Positions 54,999 through 64,000 of a stretch of DNA of 64,000 bases are shown here, in pieces; position 1 is the first letter of the stretch; every line of letters starts with the position of its first letter. The notes below the pieces were generated by a model, which did not search any database, was not told the DNA's origin, and worked only from the letters and a program-made list of their open reading frames with translations. Both the position numbers and the translations under genes were made by a program. The stretch comes from Acidimicrobiia bacterium (GTDB lineage: Bacteria; Actinomycetota; Acidimicrobiia; Spongiisociales; UBA5794), in NCBI GenBank assembly GCA_036985855.1, contig BTQL01000007.1, positions 3,060 to 67,059 on the forward strand, written 5' to 3'.

Positions 54999-56536
54999 GT
55001 GACCGTCTCATCATTTTCGATACGACGTTGCGCGACGGTGAACAGGCGCCCGGCATCGCGCTTTCGCCTGATGACAAGGTTGCGATAGCAAAACAGCTTG
55101 CGCTCCTCAAAGTCGACGTCATCGAGGCTGGTTTCGCTGCGTCCAGTCCAGGCGACTTCGCGGCGGTTTCGAGAATCGCGCAGGAGGTGCAGGGTCCAAC
55201 GATTGCTTCGCTCGCCCGTACGCATCCGGATGACATCGATCGGGCAGCCGACGCGTTGAAGCTCGCCGACAAGAAGCGCATCCATGTCTTCATGTCCACC
55301 TCACCCATCCACATGGAGCAGATGCTCCGCATGTCCCCCACCGAAGTCCTCCGCTCCGTCGTGGACGGGGTGACGCGTGCGAAACGTTATGTCGACGACA
55401 TCGAGTTCTCGCCACAGGATGCGACCCGATCTGACCCCGACTTCATCGTTGAGGTGTGTCGGGCAGCCGTTACAGCCGGTGCCACAACCATCAACATCCC
55501 CGACACCGTGGGATATGCGATGCCGGAGGACTTTGTTGAGCTGCTCACCAGGGTGTTCGATGACGTAAGGGGCGGCAATGAGGATGTCATCATCTCGACC
55601 CATTGTCATAACGACCTCGGACTCGCCGTGGCGAACTCCCTGTCAGCCATCAACGCTGGAGCACGTCAAATCGAGGGCGCCATCAATGGGATCGGCGAAC
55701 GCGCTGGTAACACGTCAACTGAAGAGATCATCATGGCATTGAGTACTCGGCAGGACTATTTCGATGTCGAGATCGGTGCAGACACAACCCAGATCTTCGA
55801 AACGTCGCGCCTTGTGTCGAGCCTGACGGGTTATCCGATCCAGTACAACAAGGCAGTCGTTGGCCGGAACGCGTTTGCACACGAGTCCGGCATCCATCAG
55901 CACGGGGTGCTCCGGAACCGTGAGACGTACGAGATCATGGATCCAAGGTCGGTCGGTACCGAGTCTGTGCTCGTACTCGGAAAGCATTCTGGCAGGGCGG
56001 CGTTCCAGGATGCACTCGCCAAGATGGGGATCTCACTCGAAGACGTCGATTTCCAGTCATCGTTCGATCGTTTCAAAGAACTCGCCGACCGAAAGGGCGA
56101 AATCTCGGAGGAAGGTATCAGAGCGATCGTCGCGCAGGAGACCGGAACCGATTTCGAAGAGATGCGCTTCGAAGCGATCTATGTTTCGGGAGGTTCCAAC
56201 GAGGTACCTGTGGCGACCGTCACGTTGACACGAAACGGCGAACAGCTCGAGAAGACCGCAGAGGGTGACGGGATGGTGAACGCAACATTCGTTGCCATGC
56301 AGGATGCCTACGGGATTCCTGCACGACTCCTCGACTATCGCGTTTCACCGATCACTTCCGGTGCCGATGCCATGGCTGAGGTCAACGTCATGATCAAAGT
56401 CGGCTCGTCGACCTTCTCAGGTCGAGGCGTCTCGACAGACGTCGTCGAAGGTTCCGCAAGAGCGATCGTCGCTGCGATGAACAAAGCAGCGTTTGACCGC
56501 GGGGTCATCGAGGACACTCGAGACTCGGACGCGTGA
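54995..56536 (+). CDS. leuA: 2-isopropylmalate synthase
   Basis: [44 protein letters not shown]-terminal regulatory domain. Confidence 0.97.
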   Translation: MSDRLIIFDTTLRDGEQAPGIALSPDDKVAIAKQLALLKVDVIEAGFAASSPGDFAAVSRIAQEVQGPTIASLARTHPDDIDRAADALKLADKKRIHVFMSTSPIHMEQMLRMSPTEVLRSVVDGVTRAKRYVDDIEFSPQDATRSDPDFIVEVCRAAVTAGATTINIPDTVGYAMPEDFVELLTRVFDDVRGGNEDVIISTHCHNDLGLAVANSLSAINAGARQIEGAINGIGERAGNTSTEEIIMALSTRQDYFDVEIGADTTQIFETSRLVSSLTGYPIQYNKAVVGRNAFAHESGIHQHGVLRNRETYEIMDPRSVGTESVLVLGKHSGRAAFQDALAKMGISLEDVDFQSSFDRFKELADRKGEISEEGIRAIVAQETGTDFEEMRFEAIYVSGGSNEVPVATVTLTRNGEQLEKTAEGDGMVNATFVAMQDAYGIPARLLDYRVSPITSGADAMAEVNVMIKVGSSTFSGRGVSTDVVEGSARAIVAAMNKAAFDRGVIEDTRDSDA

Positions 56537-57597
56537 ACGCACAGATCGCCCTTCTCCCTGGCGACGGTATCGGCCCGGAGATAGTGCAGCAGGCAAGAGT
56601 CGTCCTCGATACTGTCGCTGCTCGGTTCGACCACAACTTCTCGTATTCGGAGCACCTCATGGGCGGCTGCGCCATCGATGCAACCGGCGACGCTCTGCCG
56701 GCCGCAACGCTGCAAGCCTGCAACGAATCCGACGCGATCATCCTCGGCGCTGTCGGCGGGCCGCAGTGGAGCGATCCGGACGCCAAGACGCGGCCTGAGG
56801 CAGGACTCCTCGCCCTCCGAAAGAACCTTGGTCTCTATGCGAATCTGCGTCCCGTAAGGACCTTCGACGCACTCGTCGATGCCTCTCCCCTTCGTCGCGA
56901 CATCGTCGAAGGTACGGACATCCTGTTCCTGAGGGAGCTGACCGGCGGTATCTACTTCGGTGGCTCGACGGTCTCGGAGGACGGCACCGAAGTCGCCGAT
57001 CACATGCGATACACCGTTGTGGAGATCGAACGCATCATCCGCATGGCAGCAAGAGCTGCTCGTGATCGGTCGGGGAAGCTCACTTCTGTCGACAAGGCGA
57101 ATGTTCTCGAGGTCTCGCGTCTATGGAGACGCACCACCGACCGCGTGATGTCAGACGAATTCCCCGAAGTAGAGCTCGAGACGCTGCTCGTCGATGCGAT
57201 GGCGATGCACCTATTGTCACGTCCACGGGACTTCGATGTCGTCGTCACCGGCAACCTCTTCGGCGACATCCTGACCGACGAAGCCTCGATGCTACCGGGG
57301 TCGCTCGGTCTGTTGCCTTCGGCGTCCTTGGGCGATGGAAACGTCGGACTCTACGAGCCGATCCACGGATCAGCACCGGACATTGCGGGCCACGGCATTG
57401 CCAACCCCCTCGCCACCATCCTCGCCGCAGCAATGGCACTACGACACTCACTGCACCTCGAGGACGAAGCGATTGCCATCGAGAACGCGGTAGATCGGGT
57501 TCTCAGAGACGGTCTGCGGACGGCCGACATCGCAGACGGCGCAGACTCAGTCGATACCGCATCGATGGGCGCGGCAGTCGCTCGAGCGATCGCATAG
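56533..57597 (+). CDS. leuB: 3-isopropylmalate dehydrogenase
   Basis: [49 protein letters not shown]. Confidence 0.98.
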   Translation: MNAQIALLPGDGIGPEIVQQARVVLDTVAARFDHNFSYSEHLMGGCAIDATGDALPAATLQACNESDAIILGAVGGPQWSDPDAKTRPEAGLLALRKNLGLYANLRPVRTFDALVDASPLRRDIVEGTDILFLRELTGGIYFGGSTVSEDGTEVADHMRYTVVEIERIIRMAARAARDRSGKLTSVDKANVLEVSRLWRRTTDRVMSDEFPEVELETLLVDAMAMHLLSRPRDFDVVVTGNLFGDILTDEASMLPGSLGLLPSASLGDGNVGLYEPIHGSAPDIAGHGIANPLATILAAAMALRHSLHLEDEAIAIENAVDRVLRDGLRTADIADGADSVDTASMGAAVARAIA

Positions 57598-57629
57598 GAA
57601 CTCGAAACACAGGAACACACGTGACTGGG

Positions 57630-58547
57630 TCAGGGTGGGTTTGTCCGTTGTGGTGACCCTCTTGTCGGGCTGCTGTGGATGAGGCGACGTCGCATGGATG
57701 GCGAGTCGGGATCGAGACGGTACCGGGAGGTACAGCCGTCTATGAGACAGACCCCGTCACGGTGCGCAACCACGTGACGGATCGCAGGCGGGATCGCCCT
57801 GGCCGCCGGCGAGGTGACCACAGGTACACCGTGGTCATCGAGTCCGACGATACGGACCCTGCCGGTACACAACATCTGTTCCAAAGCATCCGGTCCGACA
57901 CGGGGACCATATTCGACCCCGGCGGCAGTTTCGGCAGGATTATCTCGGCGTGCGTCAACAAACACCGTCACCTGAGGTGAGTTGGATCCGGCTGAAGTGG
58001 CCCCGTCGAGACTGTCCATGGCCATCGCAGCAAACGCATCCAACCGGCGTTGAGAACCAGTCGAGGGCAGGCCGCCTACTGTGCGGTGGAGCCGATCTGC
58101 ACGTTCAAAGATCGCTCCCTCGATCGTGGCACCGATGATCCCCGGTGCTTCACCCCACATGCGGTACCTCGACCCATCGAGATTCGGTTGGATCGTGAAG
58201 AACCGATCGGCGAACACGGCACGCTCTTCACAAGCGGTCACCCGCTTGCGGTGAGCAATCATGCGCCGCACACCGTCGAGATCACACCCATAAGAATCGT
58301 CAACAACACCAGCGGAAACACCCGTATCGGCAAGCCTCACCGCAACAACCGTACGGTCGAACGTTGCGGTGCCGTTGAGCATCCGGTCGTGCAACCCCCG
58401 ATGCTGCCCGAACCGTCTGGCAGCAAACACAAGATCACGGGCGGTCTCCCTCTTGACATCCAAATGAGACTGCACCCACTCCTCAAGCGAACGAGAAGCA
58501 TCACTTTGTGGCGCCTGAGCCCTATCAAGCTCATTGACCAACACCAA
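57630..58547 (-). pseudogene. DUF222/HNH (REP13E12-like) gene remnant: no clear 5' start, HNH core missing
   Basis: LDRAQ...RSLEEWV..LDV, RRLDAF, GPRVGP.ALE..LC, AIPPAIR..V.HRDG.C..DGC; no HH...GG...NL..LC..HH follows. The frame is bounded upstream by the MFS stop. Confidence 0.7.
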
Positions 58548-58616
58548 CTGCCGAGAACGAAGAGGGCCAGAGACCCGGCGGGTAGAGCGGGGACGATGTT
58601 CTGTCGGCGCTGTCGC

Positions 58617-59804
<1,188 letters not shown>

Positions 59805-59872
59805 GCTGTTCCAAGCGATCACGGGACGTTGTTCTTCCCGCTCCATCGACAACCTCTGTACTCTCAACCGAC

Positions 59873-61312
59873 ATGACGACACTGCAACCTACCAGCGACA
59901 TTGGACTCATCGGTCTGGCTGTGATGGGCCAGAACCTCGTCCTGAATCTTTCGGACCACGGTTTCCGTGTTGCTGTGTTCAATCGAACTCCAGCACGAAC
60001 AGAGAAATTCGTTGCGGAGAACCAAGACCGGGACATCACGGGTTTCAGCGATCTGGCCGGGTTCGCGGCATCCATCGAACGCCCCAGACGCATCCTGCTC
60101 ATGATCAAGGCGGGACAGCCGGTCGATGCCCAGATCACAACTCTCCTGCCACTGCTCGACGAGGGAGACGTCATCGTCGATGGTGGGAACTCGTTGTTCA
60201 CCGATACCGCACGAAGATACGAGGACCTGGCCGACGTCGGCATCCATTTCGTTGGTGCTGGTATCTCCGGCGGTGAAGAGGGAGCCCGATTCGGGCCATC
60301 GATCATGCCGGGTGGAGACGAGACAGCATGGCCCATCATCGGGGATGTTCTCAGAGCCATTGCCGCCGTAGCCGACGGAGACCCGACCGTTGCGTGGATC
60401 GGCCCCGGAGGAGCCGGCCACTTCGTCAAGATGGTGCACAACGGGATCGAGTACGGAGACATGCAGGTCATCGCAGAGGCGTATGACATCATGGGACGGG
60501 GACTCGGTATGGGGGCAGCGGACATGCAACCTCACTTTGCAGAGTGGAACGAGGGCAAGCTCGACTCCTATCTCATCGAGATCACCGCAGACATCCTCGG
60601 TCATCGTCAGGACAATGGAACACCGACGGTCGACGTCATCGTTGATGCCACGGGCCAGAAAGGAACCGGCAAGTGGACCGTCGAGGCCTCGATGGAGCTT
60701 CCGACGCCCGTTTCACTGATCGCTGAGTCCGTCTACGCACGCATCGTGTCCTCATTGCGGGACGAGCGTGCAAAAGCCTCGGCCTATCTGGGCGGAACGA
60801 ATGATCCCATCGAAGGCGATCCAGATCAGATCATCACCGACCTCCATGACGCGCTCTACGCAGCGAAGATCATCTCGTATGCCCAGGGTTTCATGCTTCT
60901 CCGTTCCGCAAGTGAGGAGTTCGGCTGGGATCTTGATTTCGGCACGATCGCCAGCCTGTGGAGGGCAGGAGCCATCATCCGCTCGCGATTCCTCAACGAC
61001 ATCACCGCCGCGTACCGTCGCGATCCAGACCTCACGAATCTGCTGCTCGACGGCTTCTTCAGAAGCGAGGTTGCATCGGCGGTCGGGGGCTTGCGCAGAA
61101 CCGTCGCAAGAGCCACAACCGCCGGCATACCTGTGCCATCGTATTCGGCTGCGCTCTCCTTCTTCGACGCATACCGGTCCGAACGCCTACCGGCCAACCT
61201 CACCCAGGCACAGCGCGACTACTTCGGAGCACATACCTATGAGCGGACCGACCGTCCTCGGGGAGAGTGGTTCCACACGGAGTGGGCCGCGAATGGGGAT
61301 GGATCGACTTGA
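59873..61312 (+). CDS. gndA: 6-phosphogluconate dehydrogenase (decarboxylating, long form)
   Basis: IGLAVMGQNL, FNRT, DGGNS, GISGGEEGA, KMVHNGIEYGDMQ, QKGTGKW, QAQRDYFGAHTY. Confidence 0.98.
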   Translation: MTTLQPTSDIGLIGLAVMGQNLVLNLSDHGFRVAVFNRTPARTEKFVAENQDRDITGFSDLAGFAASIERPRRILLMIKAGQPVDAQITTLLPLLDEGDVIVDGGNSLFTDTARRYEDLADVGIHFVGAGISGGEEGARFGPSIMPGGDETAWPIIGDVLRAIAAVADGDPTVAWIGPGGAGHFVKMVHNGIEYGDMQVIAEAYDIMGRGLGMGAADMQPHFAEWNEGKLDSYLIEITADILGHRQDNGTPTVDVIVDATGQKGTGKWTVEASMELPTPVSLIAESVYARIVSSLRDERAKASAYLGGTNDPIEGDPDQIITDLHDALYAAKIISYAQGFMLLRSASEEFGWDLDFGTIASLWRAGAIIRSRFLNDITAAYRRDPDLTNLLLDGFFRSEVASAVGGLRRTVARATTAGIPVPSYSAALSFFDAYRSERLPANLTQAQRDYFGAHTYERTDRPRGEWFHTEWAANGDGST

Positions 61313-62181
61313 GCCAGCCATGGCCGCGAACGATGCCTGCGCTCATCACGGCCTTCGACTCCAATGAGAACATCGATGCCGATGCTCATGGGCACAACGT
61401 ATCCGTGGCGGTCGCCGCCGGAGCCGATGGCGTCCTCCTGGCCGGGTCGACGGGCGAAGGACCCTACCTCGAATCAGGCGAACGCAAGCTGCTCAGCTCC
61501 ATCACACGCGACGCGTTTCCAGATCTCACGATATTGTGTGGCATCTTCGCTGAAACAGATCGTTCAACGGAGAGCCAGATTGCGGAAGCGGCAGATGGTT
61601 GTGCAAACGCGGTGCTGATTGTCACACCAGGCACGCTCGTGCGGAACCGCCACCATATCATCACCGCCTTCTATCGTCGGATCGCCGACTCCTCTCCTCT
61701 GCCGATGTTCCTCTATACCGTGCCTCGTGTGACGGGATACGAGTTCCCGGTCGAGTCGGTAGCCGAACTCGCCAGCCACTCCAACATCGTCGGCATCAAG
61801 GACAGCGGAGGCGATGTGTCCCGCCTCACAGCGCTCGCAGAGACTCTGAACGCCGGATTCACCGCCTACACCGGAAACTCGAAAGCTCTTGCCGACAGCG
61901 GCGGTCGGGGCGCATTCGGAGCGATCACGGCAAGTGCCAACTACGCATTCACACTCGTGGAATCGGCCGCATCGGGAGACGAGGGGGCTCAGGCGATTCT
62001 GGTCGAGATCACGAACATCGTCGAACAGTTCGGAGTCTCGGGAACGAAGTTCGCCGCCTCCCTCGCCGGCTTGCGACCCGGCGTGAGTCGCCTCCCCCTC
62101 CAACCCCTCGACTCCGAGGCCGAACAGTCGATCACCAACGCCTACGAGCACATGTTGTCGAGGGTTTCACGGGACACCTGA
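61309..62181 (+). CDS. DHDPS/NAL-family class I aldolase (probably not DapA)
   Basis: TTG overlaps the gnd stop. PALITAF, GSTGE, LFLY, GIKDSGG Schiff-base Lys. Confidence 0.85.
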   Translation: MSQPWPRTMPALITAFDSNENIDADAHGHNVSVAVAAGADGVLLAGSTGEGPYLESGERKLLSSITRDAFPDLTILCGIFAETDRSTESQIAEAADGCANAVLIVTPGTLVRNRHHIITAFYRRIADSSPLPMFLYTVPRVTGYEFPVESVAELASHSNIVGIKDSGGDVSRLTALAETLNAGFTAYTGNSKALADSGGRGAFGAITASANYAFTLVESAASGDEGAQAILVEITNIVEQFGVSGTKFAASLAGLRPGVSRLPLQPLDSEAEQSITNAYEHMLSRVSRDT

Positions 62182-62257
62182 CGTGATCCCAGAATCCTGT
62201 GGACATATGCCGGCCGGTGTGCGGATTGTTGCACCGGAGGGATTACCGTTTCGTCTG

Positions 62258-63367
62258 ATGCAACTCGGAATCCCTAACGAACAGACCTCACATGAAAGCC
62301 GGGTTGCGGCACCTCCGGCCTCTGTGCCCACCTTCGTCGAGCTCGGTTTCGACGTGGCGGTCGAAACCGATGCGGGAAGAGCCGCAGGATTCTTGGACAC
62401 GGACTACGAATTGGCCGGCGCAACAGTCGTCGGAAGTCTCTCGGATGCACGACCGATCCACCTACTCGTACGCATATCTCCTCCGACGAACACAGACCGC
62501 GCGCTCATGGCTCGCGGTGGTGTCATCGTGGGGCTCATTGACCCGGCAGCGAACCGAGACCTGGTCACCGGTTGGGGCGATGATGGAATCACTACGATCT
62601 CGATGGAAATGCTGCCGCGGTCGACCCTTGCCCAGGCGATGGACGCACTCTCCTCCCAGGCAACCGCAGCGGGTTATGCAGCCGTTCTGCTCGGTGTCAC
62701 GACTCTTCCCAAGTTCATGCCGATGCTGGTCACCGCTGCCGGCACGATTCCGCCATCGAACGTCCTCATCCTTGGTGTCGGCGTCGCTGGTCTCCAGGCC
62801 ATCGCAACAGCCAAGCGGCTCGGGGCTGTGGTGTACGCATATGACATCCGGCCCGAAACGAAGGAGCAAGTCGAGTCTCTGGGTGGCCGATTCGTCGAAG
62901 CGCCCACCCTCAAGATGGACGAAGGTGGATACGCCAGAGCCGTAGATGAGGAGACCCAGGCTGCACAGAAAGAAGCTCTCGCTTCTGCGGTTGCCGCGGC
63001 GGACCTCATCATCACAACCGCCCAGGTTCCGGGTCGTCGGGCCCCACGTCTCATCGACCGTGAGATGGTCGAGGCGATGAAACCAGGGTCTGTCATCATC
63101 GACATGGCCGCGGCCTCGGGAGGAAACGTCGAGGGCTCTTCGCCGGACGAAACGGTCGTCGTGCACGATGTGACGATTCTCGGTCCGACCGACCTCGCAT
63201 CGCGCGTCGCCACAGACTCAAGCCGCATGTTCGGGCGCAATGTGCTCGAGCTCGTCAAACGAATGGTCGTAGATGGTGAGCTGATCGTTGACCCTGAGGA
63301 CCCGGTAGTCGGACCGGCCATCGTCGCCCCAATCCCCGCGCCCCAAGAAAGCGAGGCCACCGAATGA
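62258..63367 (+). CDS. pntA: NAD(P) transhydrogenase subunit alpha, part 1 (domain I)
   Basis: ESRVA, DALSSQA..AGY, GVGVAGLQAI, DIRPE, ITTAQVPG..AP, IIDMAA..GGN. Confidence 0.96.
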   Translation: MQLGIPNEQTSHESRVAAPPASVPTFVELGFDVAVETDAGRAAGFLDTDYELAGATVVGSLSDARPIHLLVRISPPTNTDRALMARGGVIVGLIDPAANRDLVTGWGDDGITTISMEMLPRSTLAQAMDALSSQATAAGYAAVLLGVTTLPKFMPMLVTAAGTIPPSNVLILGVGVAGLQAIATAKRLGAVVYAYDIRPETKEQVESLGGRFVEAPTLKMDEGGYARAVDEETQAAQKEALASAVAAADLIITTAQVPGRRAPRLIDREMVEAMKPGSVIIDMAAASGGNVEGSSPDETVVVHDVTILGPTDLASRVATDSSRMFGRNVLELVKRMVVDGELIVDPEDPVVGPAIVAPIPAPQESEATE

Positions 63368-63657
63368 GCGCCGAGTTCATCGCAGGCATCGTGGTCTTCG
63401 TACTCGCCGCGTTCGTCGGTTTCGAAGTCATCGCAAAGGTCCCGCGAACGCTTCACACACCACTCATGTCCGGGGCAAACGCGATCTCAGGTATCACGAT
63501 CGTCGGGGCGATCATCGCGGCCGCGGTCGGGACCGGGGTGCTCGCGGCGGTGCTCGGATTCCTCGCGGTCACCTTCGCCATGATCAACGTCATTGGTGGT
63601 TTCCTCGTCACGGACCGCATGCTCGAGATGTTCAAGAAGATCCCTGGTAAGCGCTGA
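63364..63657 (+). CDS. NAD(P) transhydrogenase subunit alpha, part 2 (membrane)
   Basis: LHTPLMSGANAISG, NVIGGF.VTDRML.MF. Confidence 0.96.
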   Translation: MSAEFIAGIVVFVLAAFVGFEVIAKVPRTLHTPLMSGANAISGITIVGAIIAAAVGTGVLAAVLGFLAVTFAMINVIGGFLVTDRMLEMFKKIPGKR

Positions 63658-64000
63658 TGGTCGAACTTGCCTACCTCGTCGCCGGTGTGCTTTTCATCGT
63701 CGGCCTCAAGGGTCTGACCTCTCCCAGAACTGCCAGGCGTGGCAACCGTATCGCGGCTCTCGGCATGCTCGTCGCCATCGTGGTGGTCGTTGTGGACCTC
63801 ATCGGACTTGATGCCCAGCTTGCCTGGAGCATCGTCATCGCGGGCATCATCGTTGGTGGCGGAATCGGTGCATTCCTTGCGATTCGAGTCCAGATGACGG
63901 ACATGCCGCAACTCGTTGCAGCATTCAACGGATTCGGCGGTGGGTCTTCCGCTCTCGTCGCCGCGGCAGCGGTGGTCGGCTCCAGCGCGATCATGCCAAC
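63657..64000 (+). CDS. pntB: NAD(P) transhydrogenase subunit beta (partial, runs off the window)
   Basis: ATG overlaps the previous stop; translated by hand: MVELAYLVAGVLFIVGLKGLTSPRTARRGN...MTDMPQLVAAFNGFGGG. Confidence 0.95.
   Translation, partial: MVELAYLVAGVLFIVGLKGLTSPRTARRGNRIAALGMLVAIVVVVVDLIGLDAQLAWSIVIAGIIVGGGIGAFLAIRVQMTDMPQLVAAFNGFGGGSSALVAAAAVVGSSAIMP

Noticed and set aside
58595-58612. Possible LexA/SOS box at the 5' end of the HNH remnant
   Set aside because: Only a GAACA half-site is present; the second arm of the actinobacterial TCGAAC-N4-GTTCGA consensus is missing.

Overview
High-GC (about 60-65% by eye) core chromosomal segment, most likely from an Acidimicrobiia-like actinobacterium. 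This is an inference from SepF without FtsA, an F420-dependent LLM enzyme, DUF3040, an Rv1830-type MerR regulator and a mycobacterial-type PspA. In order it holds: a 5'-truncated HTH/coiled-coil gene and a 4-gene ABC exporter; the dcw cell-wall/division cluster on the minus strand (mraZ-rsmH-ftsL-ftsI-murE-murF-mraY-murD-ftsW-murG-murC-murB-ftsQ-ftsZ-pgeF-yggS-sepF-yggT); a USP, a degenerate serine-recombinase-like gene and hypothetical genes; the MoxR-DUF58-transglutaminase triad; MerR and DUF3040; a phosphatase/cupredoxin/membrane operon; an 18-gene co-oriented minus-strand run (TPM-like protein, pspA, Cys mini-protein, queG ... START protein, Get3/ArsA, ROK kinase, aminotransferase, fabD-fabH-fabG-acpP-fabF); an LLM oxidoreductase, an orphan GAF histidine kinase and an NYN nuclease; ilvBNC-leuAB with a leader-peptide attenuator; a decayed DUF222/HNH gene; an MFS transporter, gnd, a DHDPS-like aldolase and the start of pntAA-pntAB-pntB. 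I found no rRNA, tRNA, CRISPR array, prophage or intact IS. The strongest second-look items are cis-elements absent from the ORF track (a 7-unit, 10-bp-phased MraZ box array, an mraW-like RNA hairpin, a dyad upstream of ftsZ, the ilvB leader peptide and attenuator) and apparently repurposed proteins (a catalytically dead resolvase with its own strong promoter, a ligand-less cupredoxin, a LeuA-regulatory-domain-like orphan, and a TPM-PspA membrane-stress module heading a lipid gene run). No database searches were run. Family assignments come from motif recognition, and many starts were re-picked by hand.
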